From the human T2T-CHM13v2.0 reference genome, Homo sapiens, in the NCBI RefSeq assembly GCF_009914755.1, contig NC_060947.1: DNA of 64,000 nt. One strand, given 5' to 3'. The stretch's first letter is position 1. Each line of letters starts with the position of its first letter. The translations under genes and the position numbers were made by a program. The notes under the pieces are model-generated. The model ran no database searches, had not been told where the DNA came from, and saw only the letters and a program-made list of their open reading frames with translations. Shown here piece by piece: positions 61,270 to 64,000 of the stretch.

Positions 61270-64000
61270 CTCTAGATACATACAGGGCTTATTCACTCAT
61301 TTAATTCAGGCCTCTGCTCAAATGCCTTCTTATCAGAGAAGCCTTCTCTGACCACCTTGTATAAATTAGCACCTCCCAATAATTTCTCTCTATTTCCCAT
61401 TTCTACCTTATATTTTTCACAGCATTTGACACTTTCTGACAATTGGTATTTTTATGTGTTTATTCTCTTTCTCTAATACACAAACACACGCACACACACA
61501 CACACGCACACACACACACGAACACACGAAGGACAGCTCTAAGTGAGAAATTGGAACCTGGTTCATTATTGTATTCTCAGGATCTAGACCTGTGCCTGGT
61601 ATTTAGTAGATGTTTAATCAATATGGTATTTGTTCAATGAATAACTGAATAGTTAACATTTATTAGGGAGTTAATTGGGTGTATGGAAGGCTTAGAGATA
61701 GAACTAAGGAACCTAGTATTACCCAGTTAGATAAAAATCACTGTCAAAACTTAAGTAGGTTTTGAGTCTATAACAATGAAGGAACTGCACTAGATAAACA
61801 TTTTCTAAAGTGTGTTCTGAAAAACCCTACTATATATCCTTAAGGGTATGGGACATTAGCAGTCCTATCTGGATTGAGTCACTGTAGTTTCAATGACTTT
61901 TATCAGATAGCATGGGTATTCTAAATGTGGGCTCTCTAAGAGGGACCCCAGAGGATCTCCTGCATTCTGAACATATTTCTCCTTACCCTCACTATGTACT
62001 AGTAACTCACTTTCCTCTGAATACTCAGAATAAATCGCCCCAGCTAGTACAGCAACCCCCTTCTTTGCCTACTGACTCCCTGGCACAAGAAGCACCAAGT
62101 GCCAGGTAGCAGTATCAGTTCAATGAAATCACTGTTTTGTCATCTGAATGAAGCAGAGGCAGAGATTCCAGGAAAGGTTTTACACTTGAGGTTTTCTATC
62201 AAATACTCTTAACTCATAGTATTCAAAAGGATAAAATCATGACTCTTAGGCAAATATAAAATTAGCACAAGTCCGAAATTTAGCTTTTTAATTGATGAAA
62301 AAACAGTAAAATGTTCCAGACCAAAGAGCATTTAAGGAGTGAGGTATTTACAAGCAATGTTAGGATAAGTTTCCTGGGTTAGATTTTTTTAAAAACGGGC
62401 TAATGTCCAATAGAGTTCATAAACAGTAACCTTTATGGTTATCTGTTCTTTGGACAGAAATTATTTGAGTTTCTATTAGATAAAATTCTACTAGTTCATC
62501 TCTGCCTCTACTTATGGGTGAAATAGCCTAGAAAATACCATGCCATGCCCAGCACTACACTAAAAGAGCATCTGTAATCTTTTTTGCCTAATTCCAAGTT
62601 TCTTAAGGACAAGTGCAATTCAAATGTAATGCCTAACTATCATCTGAATATCAATATCATACCTCAACAGGACCAATACCCAGAGAGTTAAAGTGACATG
62701 GCCCATATTACTTAGCATGTTAATGTGCCTTTGAGCTCAAAACCAAAGTCCCCTGAATTCTATCCTGATTCCTTTCTAACCATTCCCATGAGCCTTTTTC
62801 CATATATTCTAGGTAGAGAAAGTTTAAAAGGGCAGTTCCTCTCCTTTAAGTTATTCTACTTCCACGTGATTATTTGCCCATTCTTCCGGAAGGTAAGTGT
62901 CATAGCTCTAAAGGCACAGTTTGAGAAGTCACATTTGCATTTAAATTATCCCGCTGTCTTTGGTTTGCTGAGTGTCCTTGAGCAAAGCTTTAATGCCCTG
63001 GGACAGAAGATAGTGTAAAATATAATAGTATATACCTTGTACAATTGCAGGTGAGGTTTAAATTGATTAGTACCTGCACTTAGTGGATACTAAATAAATA
63101 CTAGTTCTCATTTCCCTTCCTACCCACCGTTAATTAATAATGTTTTACTTCACTAATGATGCCATTCAGAACCTATCGCCTATAAATGAAGTCTATTCCT
63201 TTGTGGTCTACTATAACTACCGTAATTTTAAATCATTGCCTAAACATCAAAAAGGCTGGTTGGAAGTGAAGAGACCATATCTAGAGACAGTCTGGACAAA
63301 CTTCTTTAGCAAACGGTGACAACAGGGTTTTTACTGTTTCATTTTGACCTACTACAGAAAGGTAAACATTTTCCTAATTGAAATGTTAAAAAGGCTTATG
63401 TTGGCATAAGCAGGGCTTTTGCTACATATAACTAATATTGATGTAGCGCCAGTATAGTTTATAAATTGCTTTAACATAAATTCTGCCAAATCATCCTGTG
63501 AACACAGGGATGGCGGCCTTGGGCCAGTTTCTCTCAAAGCCTCAGTTTATTCTGTAAAATGGAGAAGAATAATGGTTTCCCATCAGAGAGACTAGCACGG
63601 AGTAGGCGAGTAGGCCTTCAGTGCATAATAACCATCATCAAAACCATAAGTAGCAACACCACCACCACCATCATCATAACCTTACGGATAAGCAAACTGA
63701 AACAGCACAGGTTAAGAAACTAGTCCACTGTCACAGAAGTGGGCCCTGCCATCAGGTATTAGCTGTGTGGCTCTTGGCAATGTTTATAAGATGAGAATGA
63801 TGAGATTTGCCCCACCTCCCCACCTTTCAACCATGAATGTCAAAGGTATCTGAAAACTATTCCATGGATGAGAAAACTGGGGCACAGGGAGGCTAAGTAA
63901 CTTGCCTAGGGCACACAGCTCATAAATGTCACAGCCAAGATTCAAACCCAGGCAATGTTTCCACAGAATCCGTACTCTTAATCACCCCATCATATTGCTT

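Overview
Human/primate genomic DNA. It holds the 3' end of GLRA2 (glycine receptor alpha-2, X chromosome) on the + strand. The penultimate coding exon is 11308-11457 (TM3 plus the basic loop cluster). A 39.3-kb intron follows, then the last coding exon 50755-51033 (TM3-TM4 loop and TM4) and a ~1.3-kb 3'UTR ending near AATAAA 52318. The rest is mostly interspersed repeats: two antisense L1PA elements with both ends and TSDs, eight sense-oriented Alu/Alu monomers, a MaLR provirus, solo LTRs, hAT MITEs, and L2/MIR/CR1 relics. Nearly all ORFs in the track are repeat-derived. I found no new protein-coding system. The best leads are: (1) a tiny young L1 nested in an older L1, carrying a 3' transduction and a fold-back 5' junction; (2) a tailless retrocopy of a 5' tRNA-Cys half with a perfect TSD; (3) an L1 antisense-promoter/ORF0 frame in phase with the GLRA2 TM3 exon; (4) two in-frame cryptic acceptors at the position where the paralogues GLRA1/GLRA3 splice inserts; (5) UG repeats flanking the TM3 exon; (6) foreign DNA replacing ~2 kb of the downstream L1; (7) 3'UTR motifs (G4, Pumilio site, 22-bp triple repeat). 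Repeat subfamily names are from memory of consensus sequences, and old-repeat boundaries are approximate.
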